64,000 bases of DNA from NCBI GenBank assembly GCA_000708835.1, contig DF237019.1:62001-126000 (forward strand). Direction: 5' to 3'. Shown one piece after another: positions 1-13,240 of the stretch. Made by a program: the position numbers and the translations under genes. Under the pieces are notes generated by a model, which did no database searches, was not told the DNA's origin, and saw only the letters and a program-made list of their open reading frames with translations. This DNA comes from Klebsormidium nitens (lineage: Eukaryota > Plantae > Klebsormidiophyceae). Positions within the stretch are counted from its first letter, which is position 1. Every line of letters begins with the position of its first letter.

Positions 1-3000
1 TCAAAGGTGGTGCGCGCAAGAGCCAGCGCCAGCAAGCCCTAAATAACCCTGAAAACTTTAAGTTTAAAAGCGATCAGCCACTTTGGCCTGCTTCTAGCAG
101 GGAAGTTTTCACATGTCTCTAGTTTCGCAATGAACGCAACCTTTCCAGTAAAATGCCAATGACAACTCGTCGTGACACGTGCGAGTCGCGCAACCGTGGC
201 TCAGCCTGGCTCAGCCATATGATAGCCGTTCGATTTGCAGATTCCCGCCAAATTTGCGTGCTAGATGTTCAAGAAATCAAAATTAAAAGGCAGCAAGTTG
301 CAACTGAGCTGAGCTGCTGAGCTGAGCTGCTGCAGTGCTGGTCTTCAACATCAAAAGCTGGCAAGGAGAGGGTGAGCCTGAGGAAGGAGCCTTCTAGAGG
401 CGATTGTGCAGATTGATGTTCGAGGCTGGTGACGAGCAGCAACAATGATGGCCTTTATGCAGAAATTGTTGAGTTGCTGTCCGCTTGATTCATGACAATT
501 CGAACGCCCCGTATCATATTTGCTATGCTTGTACTATGTCCCTGTCGTTGTTGCGCCAGCGACACCTAGCAAAAGAGCTGCCGGATAGATGCCGATCGAC
601 ACAACTGTAGAGCGTACTTGGCAGGTGTTAAGCTGTAATGCTACCTGTGTAAGTCACATAGCAGCACTTCGCTGCAATGGCACCCTTGAGGGAGCGCGTG
701 CTGCAATTCCTCCATGCAACGGTTGAGGAAGGTCAGAAGTCAGCGGGCCAGCTGCTGAGAGAGGTCCAGATGACTTTTGACAATCTGAGTGGTGCACAGT
801 GGCAGCTTGTTAGAGAGATTGTGTCGCAGTTTCCCACTAGAAATGTGCCAGGAGCGGGGGCCGAAAGGGAGCGTGAGCATGAGGATGAAGGAGATGATGG
901 CTTGGATACAGCGCTGGGAGAAACGGTGTGTGAAGCTGCTGGAGTTTGAAGTAAACAAAGATGTTCTCTGCCTTTGGACCTGGCAAGGCTATCCACTTTG
1001 TTGCAGACTAACAAAGATGCACTCATTCTCAAATGCAAGCGATTCCAGGCTAACAGTGAATACATGGCAGTTCAAAATGAAGGTAGCCGCCGAGAATGAT
1101 GCACGTACTTATTTGAGCCATCTGCATCCTGTACTAGTGGTCATGGCATCCATGCAGCATTGACTTTGAAGATTCCTTATTTCAGTTCCATTTTATAGGT
1201 GGCACTTGTGGTTGTGCTCAGAGGCGTATTACAGGGTTCCCTTACTCTGAAGTGTAGTATGCAGCACGCATCCAGATACATATGCAGGTTTGGGTCCACT
1301 CGTCAGGCATTGCGCTAGCTTACACTCAGAATCTGTTCGAACCAACGTCAATTGAACTAAGCAGCGATCTCACCAGTTTTGCCAGCGGAGTATCTGCATG
1401 ACAAGTCTCATCTTAAATCTACTTCATTGACGCCTGACTTGGTCTTTGCAGTTCTGCTCCTACAATCCTGGTCTTGTTGGGGTTGGCAACCCTCATCCAG
1501 GTATGCAGTTGTGGACCTTAAGCTTTGGAATGTTGACAAAAGCTTGGTTGGCTGGACCTAGGGGGAACACTCCGCTTCGAATCCTGCAGATCTTTTCACA
1601 CAGGTTCAGCCAACATTGCTTGCACATGAAGACCAGTTCAGATCATTGGAAACTTTTGGTGACCCTGTGTATTCTGTTCTGGTTCCACTTCACTCATACT
1701 TGTCTGATTCCTGTTCTAGTGTGATTCACTGTTTGCACCTCTTTGCAAGTTTTGTTGACTTCATCATATCTGGAATTGTGTCGATTGTAAGCATGCCAGA
1801 GTCAATCCTTCTTATCCATGTAAAACGCTCTCGTTTGACCTTTAACCCTTTGCCAATCCTCACGTCTCTTCCAAGGATGAAAATGTTTACCCGCTTACGC
1901 CCAGTCTCTGTGCTTTTGCAGCCTTTGTTGACATCTGCGCTACTCTCGCGTCCATCCCTCAGCCTGCCTGCACATACAAAGCAGGGCTGCCTACAGAGGT
2001 CATGTGCCGCAGGCTTTCTCAGTTGCAGCTTGAGACTGTCCTCATGGCATGTCAGCGCTTTCAGGGGCTCCTGCCGGATGGAAGCAGGCAAGGATTTTTC
2101 CTAGGGGACGGAGCAGGTGAGGAAACATAAAGAAGTTGTGTCTATGGAAGCAATATGAAACCTGTTTTTATCTCTGCAATTCCCCAGTATGTGCTACATT
2201 TGAATATTGAACTTTTAGTGCATCAGTATGCTGCGTAAGACGTTTTCAATCCAGGAAGCTTGAATTGTCATGGTTGGTTACAGGCATGGGGAAAGGACGC
2301 CAGATCGGGGGTCTCCTCTACGAGCTCTTGTTACGCGAACACAGAAAGGTAAGCTTGCTCTGAAGATTGAGAAGGTGCAATGTTGTGACAGGTCGAACCC
2401 CTCAACACAAAGAAGGAGGTCAGATACATGGTAAACAATACTTCCTGATCGAGTTGGCTGCTGAGCAGCTTCAGATTCAGGAGCGTCTCAGCTCGGCATA
2501 GTAGCTTGGTATGCCCTCCCTACCAGCTTTGTCCTTAGCAGGCCTGCCTCTCCTCTGTTTCCCGGACAAAGACTGCTGCAATGCTACAATGAAATCCTAC
2601 GCGCTATCACTTCTGTGGTCAGTCAGGTCCAGCTATAGAATGTTTTTCAGCTCAAAAGTCAGTGGCAATGCAGCTGAGCTGACTGTTTGTGCATAAGCCG
2701 ACAGCATCTCATGGATTTGCTTTGCAGGCGGTGTGGTTCTCTGCCAGCTCTGGCCTGCACTACGATGCAGAGCGCGACATTGGAGACCTTGGCGCCCTCA
2801 AGTACATGAAGCTTCACAGACTAGACCAATACGGATATGGAGACCTCCCAATGGATTCCGGAGTCCTCTTCAGCACATACACGATGCTTGTCTCAGTCTC
2901 CAGCGATGGGACCAGTCGGCTCGACCAGATTGTGGACTGGTTAGGGGAGGACTTTGAGGGCTTGCGTAAGTTGTCTGTCTATCAAACTATATCTCATTCG

Positions 3001-6000
3001 GGGGAACGAGTTTCTGTTGTCGAAGTAAGGGGAGAATCTTGGATAACTCTCAGAAACTACACTGTTGCAAGACTTGGCAAGTCTACTCCGAAGGTTGTTC
3101 CAGGAGAGATGGTGATACTCTGCCAGGGGAAACAAGGATGTGGCTGTGGCATTCGAGTATTTCAAGTTGATAATTCGCACTTTCGCAGAACATTCGACAG
3201 ATGGAAGATGTGTCTTCTGTGCTGTGGCGGTGACTGAGTATTCTCGTCTCTGCTTGCGACCCAGGAGGAATGTGATCCACCTTTCTTTCTGCAGTTGTTT
3301 TTGACGAGGCGCACAAGGCCAAGAACGGAGAGTACATTAACCGGAAAAACAAGCTGGTCAAGGGTACAATCACCGCAGCAGCTGTTTTCGAGCTGCAGCG
3401 TAGGCTATCTAAGGCCAGGTTAGAAAGGGTAGATTCAGCCACCGTAAACATCAAATTCTGCATCAAGCCCGGTCACTGTTAGGGCAGCATCTTGGGGCAA
3501 CGTGCATGAAGGATGGTGAAAACATACGGGCGTTTCTTGCATTGATTACTCTGAAACATGAACGAATTCTCTGGCCAGCAATAGCTAAGTCCTAATTTCA
3601 GGCCTAATCCTGCTAATCAAATAACTCCGGATTGGTAGGAGTATCAGCTCCTCTCGTCCTAAGGGAGGAACGGCCGTCAAAGGACCCGACTCCGTCAAAA
3701 CCTCGCAATGAACACCGGTCTGACTCTATTTCGCGCCGAGTTTTTTCGAATTTGGCCCCGTCTGGCGTCAGTTTTTGCGGAGAGTGCGAGCGATTCCAGC
3801 TCAAAGTCACTACACATCAAACTCCAATGCGTTCTCATTCAAGGAATTTCTGAATGTGCGAACCCGTTTCTCGCAGGGTGGTGTACGTGTCGGCGACGGC
3901 GGTGACCGAGCCCCACCACCTGGCGTATATGCCTCGGCTGGGGCTATGGGGCCAGGGCGCGAGCCTCAAAGACTTTCCCGCGCTGCTCAAGATGTGCTCC
4001 CAAGGGGGGGTGGGCGCCATGGAGATCCTGTGCATGGAAATGAAGATGCGAGGCATGTTCCTAAGCTCTCCTACCGCCACCCTGAGACGCCCGCGCAGTT
4101 CGAAATCAAGATGCTCAACCTGACAGAGGCGCAGGTGAGGTTCGTCTTCTTGCGCGGATGAGCATCAAGTTTAACAGCACATCTTGGACGGTTTTGCTTT
4201 TTAAGTAACGCAGATTTGTCGTCATGAAGGACGAACTGTCACCAGTCCTCTTCGGCGAATTTTTGCGTGGATCGGCGGGCCGAGTTGCACTTCCTGTCTG
4301 ATCAAACGGGTTCTGATTGTGGCCGAACGAGGTGGTTCCAAAATAAAGCGGTGGATTGTACATCCAATAGAACAGGTTCGATCTGATCCTTGCCTGAACA
4401 CGGCGTTTAGGTGGAGGTTGTGCAGTGACAATCTGCCCCTCGGAACTTTGACAATTCAAATTGTCGATCTTTGATAGGAACAGAAGAAGCCATACAAAAA
4501 GCAAAATGCCCGTCTTTGTTGATTACGGCGTCTAAGACAGAATCGAAGCGGTCATGCAGGTGGCGACGTACGAACAAGCCGTGAGTTTCTTCCAGCGAAT
4601 GCTCGCCAAGATGCGGGCCGCAGTGGAGGACGTCAAAGAGGCGGGCTTTGCCACCAAGTCCAATTGTGGCCCGTACTACTGGGGCGCCCACCAGCGTTTC
4701 TTCAAGATGCTCTGTATCGCGTGCAAAACCGGGCGGATCGTCGCGCTAACCCAGAGCCTGGTTGAGGCGGGAAACCAGGTGGTTATGAGCCTGCAAGGCA
4801 CGGGGGAGGCGTACCAAGAGCGGACGGATCTCGCGCGCGCCGGGGGGGAGGAAGACCTGATGGACAAGGCCCCCCAGCAGCTGCTGGCGTCAGCGGTGAC
4901 GTACCTCTTCCCCCCCGTGGCGAAGAAGGATCTAGAGAGGGCGAGAGAACAGAAGCCGGAGCTGTTTGAGCAGCGGGAGGAGCTGCTGGAGGAGGTGCAC
5001 GCGCTGGGCATGCCGGACAACCCGCTGGACGACCTTAAGCTCGGGTGAGGAACTGCACATGTGATACTTTTGACCTCTGAGTTCCGAAAAGCTTCTGATC
5101 GGAGTTGCGGCTTTTTTGGCTGACGTTTTGATGACCAGACGTCCTTATGCTCGCCGTTCTGCTTATACATACGGAGTTGATTATGCAGGTTTTAGATTCA
5201 GCGCGTTGGTAGGAAAGCTTTAGCAACTTGTTCTCACGAGCTTTCTCATACGTGAAAGTCTCGCGTCTTTCATCTTCTCCTATTCAATTCTTGACGCAAA
5301 GTGATTTGGTCAGGCTGTCCAGTTTATGGATCCTTGTTTGATTTGTAAGCCGTCTTATTTGTCTTTCTTCTCGGAACAAAGCTGGTGCTTCCCGTCAGTG
5401 CGCTTCCGTCTTTGTGAATGCGCCATCCCCTCGTCTCTTGCAAGTGCTCGGCTCTCCCGTAGCTTCCCTATACTCATTCTATACAGCATTCCGGACAGAA
5501 ACGCCGACGACTGTCTTCTTCAACCCGTTCTTCTTATCACTTCCTTCTTCGAGATCAACTCTGCGAAAGTAAGCTCCTGACAAAACCTAAACCGCTTCAG
5601 GCTGGGCGGCCCCGACAAAGTGGCGGAGCTGACGGGGCGCAAGCAGATGGTCGTCCTGGAGGACGGGAAGAAGACGCTCAAGTCGCGCGCCGAGCACCTG
5701 AGATGCAGCACCGACGAAGTGAACCTGTACGAGCGGGACCTGTTTCAGAAGGGCCAGAAGCTCGTTTGCATCATCAGTGACGCTGCTTCCTCCGGCATCT
5801 CGCTCCAGGTGGGCGGTATGAGCTGTATGAGCTGATGAACCTGCGGACTACGTGGTAGCTCGACAGCCTTCGTTCTTCAGAATTCAACGATAGGAATCCT
5901 GGGGGGCGGTTCTCCTGTAAGCGAGGCCTTTTACACCTGGCAACTTGCAATTGCGGTTACTCTACTTTTCCAGCTGTGCTTATGGACCTTTGCTGTTGCT

Positions 6001-7659
6001 TCTCGCGTATATTCAGCTGAAGGTTCAACTTTTAAGTGGAGAAGCTCATACGTGCGGCGGCATGCGTTCAGAAGTTCACTAAGTGACCGCATGCGTCGCA
6101 CTCAATCAACGGCTGCCGCAGGGAGCGCCTTTTCTGCATGAGGAAACCAAGATTCCGCTTAGAAGGCACAGCGAACATGAGGGCCATCATCCTGTTCTTC
6201 CTTTATTCCTTGATGCCGGCGTGTCGCAGGCTTGTTGGCCTGCCACCTGAAAACAGCTGAACCTTTCTTCTTGCAGGCGGACAGGAACTGCCCTGTAGAC
6301 CCGGCCACCGGCAAGGTGCGCCGTCGCCACCACATCACGCTGGAGCTGCCGTGGTCAGCTGGTAAGGCGAGCAAACCCGGAATATACGCTCAAAGGATTC
6401 TTAAAGTGTCCCTCGTCCATTGCCGAGTGGTTGATCGGCTGAGGGCTGATGTCCAGGAGAGTTATTGCTAACAGAGATGGCGTTCCGTAAAGCGGACTTC
6501 GCAGACAGAGTATATGTGAAAACTTAATCCCGAAGAAGGAACGCTTTCTACAGGTTGCTGTGGCCAAAGTTTGAATACAGATGGGTCTCTTTTGAGCAAC
6601 CATTTGTTGGTTTCTTGCAGACAAATGCGTTCAGCAGCTGGGCCGGTCGCACAGGTCAAACCAGGTGAGGACCATGCGAAAACCTCGCGTTACTGTGGGA
6701 AGCGTTCCTAACAGAAGGTTTGCTGGTAAATGCGACTTGGAAATTCTCACGTCATTGGAAGCTTCCGGTTTGCAAGCCGCAGGCCGTCCGCTGAATCAAG
6801 ACCGTATGTTTGCGCCCCACTTCTTCATTTCCAGACATTGGACTATTGCGCATCAACGATACAACCGCTCAAACCGCTCCGCTAACTTGGTTTGCTTTGA
6901 AAGTTCCTAAGCGGACTTCCAAACCCCTACGTCCTCAAACGAGAGTCCGCATGCGAGCTCTTCTAATGTTTCAACTTCGTACTTTGTCCTTTCAGGTTTC
7001 CGCCCCGTTCTACCACCTGACGGTGTCAGACGTGGCGGGCGAGAAGCGCTCTGCATCAGCCGTGGCGAAGCGTCTGCAGAGCCTGGGTGCGCACACAAAC
7101 GGCGACCGGCGGTCCGTGATCTCAAACATGGTCGACTTCGACCTGGACAACCAGTACGGGGTTAGCGGGCTCAAGTCGATGTTGGAGCTCCTCAGAGGGT
7201 ACGTCTGACTGGGCGTTTGAGTTTTATCGTCTTCCTTTTCTTTACGAGTATTGGGTCTGCTCTTGCGGTCTGCTCTTGCTTTAGACAAGCAGTACGGTTT
7301 GCGGGTTCAAGACGACGTTGGAGCTTCTCATAGGGTTAATCTGAGTGGGGTTTTGGACGAGGTTCTTTCATGATCTGCTCTGGCTAATGGCTGCCTCGTC
7401 TTGTTGACTAAGATGACCGCTCTCTTTTTCGTGGGCTTCGCTCACAGGTCCTGAGCCACTGGTTGCTGAGCTTCGTACGGAGGCATATAAATATTCTGAT
7501 ACAACAAGGTTTTTTGAACGCTACTGCCTCTTCGGTTGGTGCATGTACGACGCGGAAACCCTCAATCGGAAGCCAAACCTTCAAGGAAAATGGAAGCTGC
7601 ATATCAATTTCAAAAGTGGTCAAGTCACCCCTCAAACTGACATTAAGCTGCGCGTTAAA

Positions 7660-7750
7660 CCGCACAGGGTACTCAAACGACCGACGACAAGTTGGACTCA
7701 CCGAGCCCGGACATGATGCAAAACATCATGCAAATAATCAAGAAAATGGT
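7660..7750 (+). repeat. Degenerate copy of the acceptor and head of SBNO exon 7786
   Basis: cacag|g...ttggactcaccgagcccggacatgatg (LDSPSPDMM) mirrors tacag|g...ctggactcgcccagccccgac(agac)atgatg. Confidence 0.8.
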
Positions 7751-10700
7751 CAAGCGAAAACCAAGCTGCAAGCTTCAACGTACAGGGAGGTCACGACAAT
7801 CGACGGCAAGCTGGACTCGCCCAGCCCCGACAGACATGATGCGCGACTTGCTCGCGGAGGAGTTCCCGGAGGACCCTACCGACGACCAGCTTTTGGAGCG
7901 CACACGCGCAGTATACCAAGAGATGCGCGAGGATCTGGGCGCGGTGGAGCTGCTCGAGCGCAAGAAGAACAAGAAGGTCGCCGTCTCGCGGTTCCTGAAT
8001 CGGATCCTGGGGGTCCAGCCGGCGCGCCAGGTGAGGACATTTGGCAGGATATTGGCGACAAGAAAAGGTTTTGAAGGTATTTAAGCTTTGGCTTCATGTT
8101 CACACTCTGGAGGGTCTCGGCATCGACGCGACCAGCTCTCAACCGAATGGTTGCCCAACACCTTCTGCCAAGTTTTGTCTGATGCCGACGACCTAATTGT
8201 GTTATTTTCAGGCACTCCTTTGAGAGCTTTCAGCTCGTCAGCCTAATCTAAGAAGACGGCATGTGATGGCGTCCGAGCTACCAAATTTGCGCACTGCTGC
8301 TCTCCGTCACGATGTCCATTCTCCATATGAGAATCAGAGAAGCACCGACATCATCACCCGTGTCCGACTGAGACACGTCAATTCGTGAAAAGGGGGGCTT
8401 CGTACACAGAATTCTTGGACCTCGTGACTGACGAAGCCTTTTCCTTTGCAGAACCGTCTCTTCAAGTTCTTCTGCCTGCACGTCGACGCGGAAATTGCCA
8501 GGGCCCGGAAGAACGGCACGTTCGTGGAAGCGATTGGCCAGATGGGCAGGGACTACGAGTCAGTCGAGATTATCGAAGGCCCAACAGTGAGGCAAACGTC
8601 CCTCTGGAACCCCTTCTGTTCTCATCAAAATCCGGAATTAGGAACCCACCCTTTCCGAAACCACCCTCGGGGAACCCGCTGCCGAAACGTCATCAAGGAA
8701 ACGGAAACTTTCCCTTGGAGACTTACCCCTTTCTGAAAGTGCCTTGTAAGAACGCACTGCCAACACGTCCTGCAAACCGCTCCTTAACTATTGATTGCAA
8801 TCGCAGCTTAGTAGGCTGGATGCCGGCTCGCTTCTTACCGCAAGAGGTTGAAGAAGGTTCTGCTCCCTCAAGGTTCAAGGTTCCTTGTTCCTCGTTTTGT
8901 ATCGATACTTCATCTTCGTACACCCGATTTGGAAATGCCTTCCAGAATCTCCGAAAATGTTGCAAGTTCAACGCAGATGCTGCACGCAAGAAAATTCTGT
9001 CTATTTTGACAGGAGAAAGAGCTTGCATTTGAAATACTCAGCACTCTTAGCTACTGAAAATCGGCTCCGGTTCTCGAGCGGCGACTCTTTTGGAAAGTGG
9101 TGTGAATATGCTCATATCAAAGCGCCTTGCAATGCTTGCTGCTGAACCCTTCTTTCTTACCCGCAGGTGGTTTACACACACCCTGAAAACGGCGCAGAAA
9201 TCTTCTGCTACCGCTTCAAGATGGACAAGGGCGCCCACTGGAACAAGGCCATCGCGCACTACAAGGAGGAACCAGGTGAGGAGTCCGGGGAATTTTGTAT
9301 TCAAGTGGGATTTCTTGTTGAAGAGTCCTGTGCAAGTCTTGTTTTGCCTTATGATCGAACGCGGACTGTTACGAGAAAGCTTTCCATCTGGCACGCAAGT
9401 GTAGTACCAAGCTGGAGCTAAGGATAATAGATGAAGTCGGGAAGGGTCGTCGGATCTTCGTCAGTAAGATATGCGGCTCACATTTGCTTGGCTGCAGGGC
9501 ACTTCAATGGATTTTGGCGGAGCAAGAAAGAATTCGGTGGTGAGAAGTTCATCCTGCTCGCGACAGAGCTGCCCCCCGGGAGTGAAGCGGACCGCCTCGC
9601 GCAGGGGGCGAGGGGCCGAGTAGTACCAACGAGCGTCAAGCAGAAGACGCGCATCCGTCTCATGGTCAGTAATCATCGCCATTGCTTCCTTCTCTTTCTA
9701 TGTGAATCAAGCTTGAGGACTCGTGACTTAAAAGGGCGGGCGAAGAAGAGATCTCTCTGTGGCGTTTTCGAACGAGAGAAGCCACCTTCCTAATTGTCTG
9801 TCTGGTGTTGCAAGATTGCCACTTCCCAGGGATCGTGTACCGAACTGTGGCGATCAGAACCTCCATTGTTTTGTATGCCGTTACGTTGCTAACACGGTGC
9901 CTTGGCTGATACAATTTTGTGCTCGGCAAAGAGATATTTGAATACATCCAATCGAGACCATGTTTTTAGAAGTTCCGGAGAATTCCAAACAAGCTGACGC
10001 CTCTTGTTCGTAAATCTTTGCCATTAGAACAGCTCTGTACATGCCAGGTAAAGGCTTTCTGCGGGTTCCTTGCAGCGGCCGAACAATGCCAACCCCCCCG
10101 GATGGAACCTGGCGGCACTTCGGGAGAAGTACGAGTTTGTCAAGCACTTCGACCCCGACGAATACGAACAGAACGCGGTCCAGCAGGAGTGGGTCAGGCA
10201 GTATGCGCACGGGGCTTCGGCAAGAGGGACATCCGGCCGGATCGATGAGGTGAGAAGAAGGGGGTTGTGGCGATTGGATCCGAAGTGCTGAGAACGGTGA
10301 CATTTGCCATGGTGGGGACTTCTAACCTCCAGGCTTGCTGTGTTTGAACTGGAAAAATATTTGTCAAGTTTTTGCCTAGGCGACTGGCGACATCAGAGCA
10401 CGCACCGGCGAAGTACCCTCTTATCTCCTTGACTGGAAGGGTGGCTGCGGTTGGATTTAGCGTTTTGTGGTGCGGCATGCCTCACGTGCCTGCTTCACGC
10501 GTACGGATCGAATGCGGTTGATCAAATCGTCAGAGAAATCTGCTGACAGCGTTTGCTTCAGTTTTCGCGGACAGGGAAGATCATACAGCAGAAAGGTGGG
10601 GAAACCTTCAAAGAGCGTTCAAAATTACAAAACCGGCGGTTGAACATTTGGAAAGACGGCTCGCCTGAGCTTTGCAGTCACAAGGAGATAGCTGCAGGCC

Positions 10701-11339
10701 CTACAAACCCAGAAACTCTGCCATCGACACGAATTGAAAGCAGACTTTGTTATCCGTGCGCGCAGGCGCATTTCCTGGCGGGTTCGCTTACATGCATCTG
10801 GCCTCTGGTTCAAGATGTGATGGCGAAGGGTAGAAAGAAGATGACCAAGATCTGCCGCATCAAAGAAACAACTGGTAAGGAAGCTGGGACGGAGCGGAGT
10901 GAACCGGGGCAAAACTTGAAGGAAGCGGAACGGACGTGCGGTCAAAGGGGCATATGCTTGTGCTGCAATTCGGACACTTTCAACAATCTCGGGATCCGTC
11001 CTGTGTCGCTCCATCTTCTTAGACTTCTTGTCACGTGCTAACGTCAAATGAACATCTAAGAAGAAGAGTCTAATCTGCTCCTTGGCCTCCCCATCATGCA
11101 AGAGTCCTGCTGGTGTCGTCTTGAGTTGCCCATGAGACTCGTCCACAGTTCATAAGGTCGTTTGCGGAGTCTCTGCATCTGAACACCACGAAAGTCTCGG
11201 AAGCTTGATGCCCGTTAGAAGCACTTGGAAGATGGGGTAAATCTACTGCTCCTAGGCGCTCATGCCGACCGTTCGAGGCCGCCGAAGCCGGAGCTTATAC
11301 CCTCAACCAATCAAACCTGGATCCCCGCTGGACCCACCA

Positions 11340-11600
11340 GACCCTTTTTTTTGCCGTGCAGAGAATGGGAGTCGAGTGATCGGGCTGCACATCCGTGACC
11401 AAGATGACGTTATTGAGGTCCTGCAACCGTTCGAGAGCAACGACCTCCTCACCAACCGACCCCTTTTCTTCCGTGCAGAAAATGGGCGCCAAGTGATCGG
11501 TCTGCACATCCGTGACCTAGATGACGTCACCGAGATCCTGCAGCGGCTCGAGAGCAACGACCTCCCGACGGACTACCCGCCGGGAACCGCCGCGCCGGAG
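11340..11600 (+). repeat. 117-bp tandem duplication of acceptor plus exon head in SBNO
   Basis: ccgtgcag|agaatggg.. at 11361 and ccgtgcag|aaaatggg.. at 11478, encoding ENGSRVIGLHIRDQDD.. and ENGRQVIGLHIRDLDD.. Confidence 0.9.
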
Positions 11601-12672
11601 GAGGCGGAAGACCTCACCGGGTGGGGCGAGATCATGAAGACGAGACAGGACAAGAAGGACGCGAAGGCCCCCGGTGATAAGCCCCGGGGAGGTCCACGGA
11701 AGGAGGTGAGGCGGCTTGTTCGTAAGGCAGAGTTTTCGGTTCGTTCGGCAGTAAAAGCAAGGAATCCAGAGGCCTTCACCGGGTCGGTTGATATCAATGA
11801 AAATGAGACTGGACGGAAAGGACTCGAGGGCAGTCGGGGACAAGCCCCAGGGAGGTCCTCGGAAGGAGGTGAGCCGGGTTCTTCTACAAGGATTGTGGAT
11901 TTTGGCAGTAGATTGTCCAAGAGTATGAGCTTGCAATAAGGAGGTCGAAACAATCTGCCCTTGAGGCTGGGCAATCAGTAAAGTCTTGGAGGGTTGTCAA
12001 GGCGGCAAAGGAGGCGGCTAAGGTCATGGAACATCCTTCCGTTTGTCAGAACTGTTGACCCACGATGCTTGATTATGTGGCTTTCAGGCTCCCAGTTTCA
12101 ACGAGAAGCCTCTTTCTGACTGGATGCATTTGCGCCGATGCCAAGAAACTGGAGGAGGGGGGACTATTGAATGACGGGATGGTTCAGGTTCAAGAGGCTT
12201 TGCGGACACCTTCTGAGTTCCTCTCAAGTGACTTCTAGGCGAGCCTTCCCTTTCCTTCTCATCGTTTAATGTATTTTCTAGGGTTCCCGGTGCGCGGCAC
12301 TCGTGTCCAAGAGTAACTCAATTCATTTGAAGAGGAGCCCCCATTCCTGCGCCCGACTTTACTGTTATTCTCACTCAGGCAAAGCGCAAGCGCAAGTTTG
12401 AGCGTTTCCAGCGACCAGAGCTGCCCGTCGAACCCGAGGAGGTCGCCCAGCTGGAGCAGTCGGGGCTGTGGGAAAAGCTGCCGCCGCCCCCGGTGGTCGA
12501 CCCCGACGCTTACGAGGTCCCGGTCAGTGCCGAAGCAGAGCCCGCCCCTGTGCCAGTCGTCCGGCGACGATCAAATACCGCTCGGCAGCGGGGTGCTTCG
12601 AACCGGGGGGATCCCCCGAGAGCCGGAAACGCAGGGAGAGGCGCTCGGGAAGGGTTGGTCGCGGGAGATGCG

Positions 12673-13240
12673 GAAGCGCCTGTTCACACTGAGGAGGAAC
12701 GGGCAGGAGGGCCTGGTGTGAATGACGGAAGGGAGTCTGGAGAGGGCGACCGTACCCGGGGAGCGGAAGCGGAGACATCAGCGAGGGATCCCCCGGATGC
12801 AGGTCCCTCTGTGGTGCCCCCGGAGCGAGACACGAGAGCGGACGAGCAGGCTCCGGAAGAAGCGGGGAGCGGGGAAGAGCCTGTTCACACCGGGAGGGAA
12901 CGGTCTTGGGGAGCTGGTGTAAATGATGGGCAGGGTTCTGAGGGGAGTGTCGGTCCCCAGGGAGCAGAAGCTGAGGCACGAGCGAGGGATCCCCCGGAGG
13001 CAGGTCCGTCTGTCCCCCCGCAGGAGCAAGACGCAACAGAGCAAACTAGGGTTTCGGAGGAAGAGAGAAGCGCGGGGCCTAGCGGAACGGAACGGGAACG
13101 AGACGTGCGAGCGGAAGTCCGGGCTCCGGAGGAGGAAAGAAGCGCCAGGCCTGGCGGGACGGAACAGGAACGAGACGCGAGAGCGGAGGTCAGGGCTCCG
13201 GAGGAGGAGAGAAGCGCAGGGTCTAGCGGAATGGAACGGG
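12673..13240 (+). repeat. Coding repeats in the SBNO terminal exon (one ~65-aa duplication and ~2.5 x 24-aa repeats)
   Basis: PVHT..GVNDG..GAEAE..ARDPP.AGPSV occurs twice. EEERSA.P.GTE.ERD.RAEVRAP has a 72-bp period. Confidence 0.85.
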
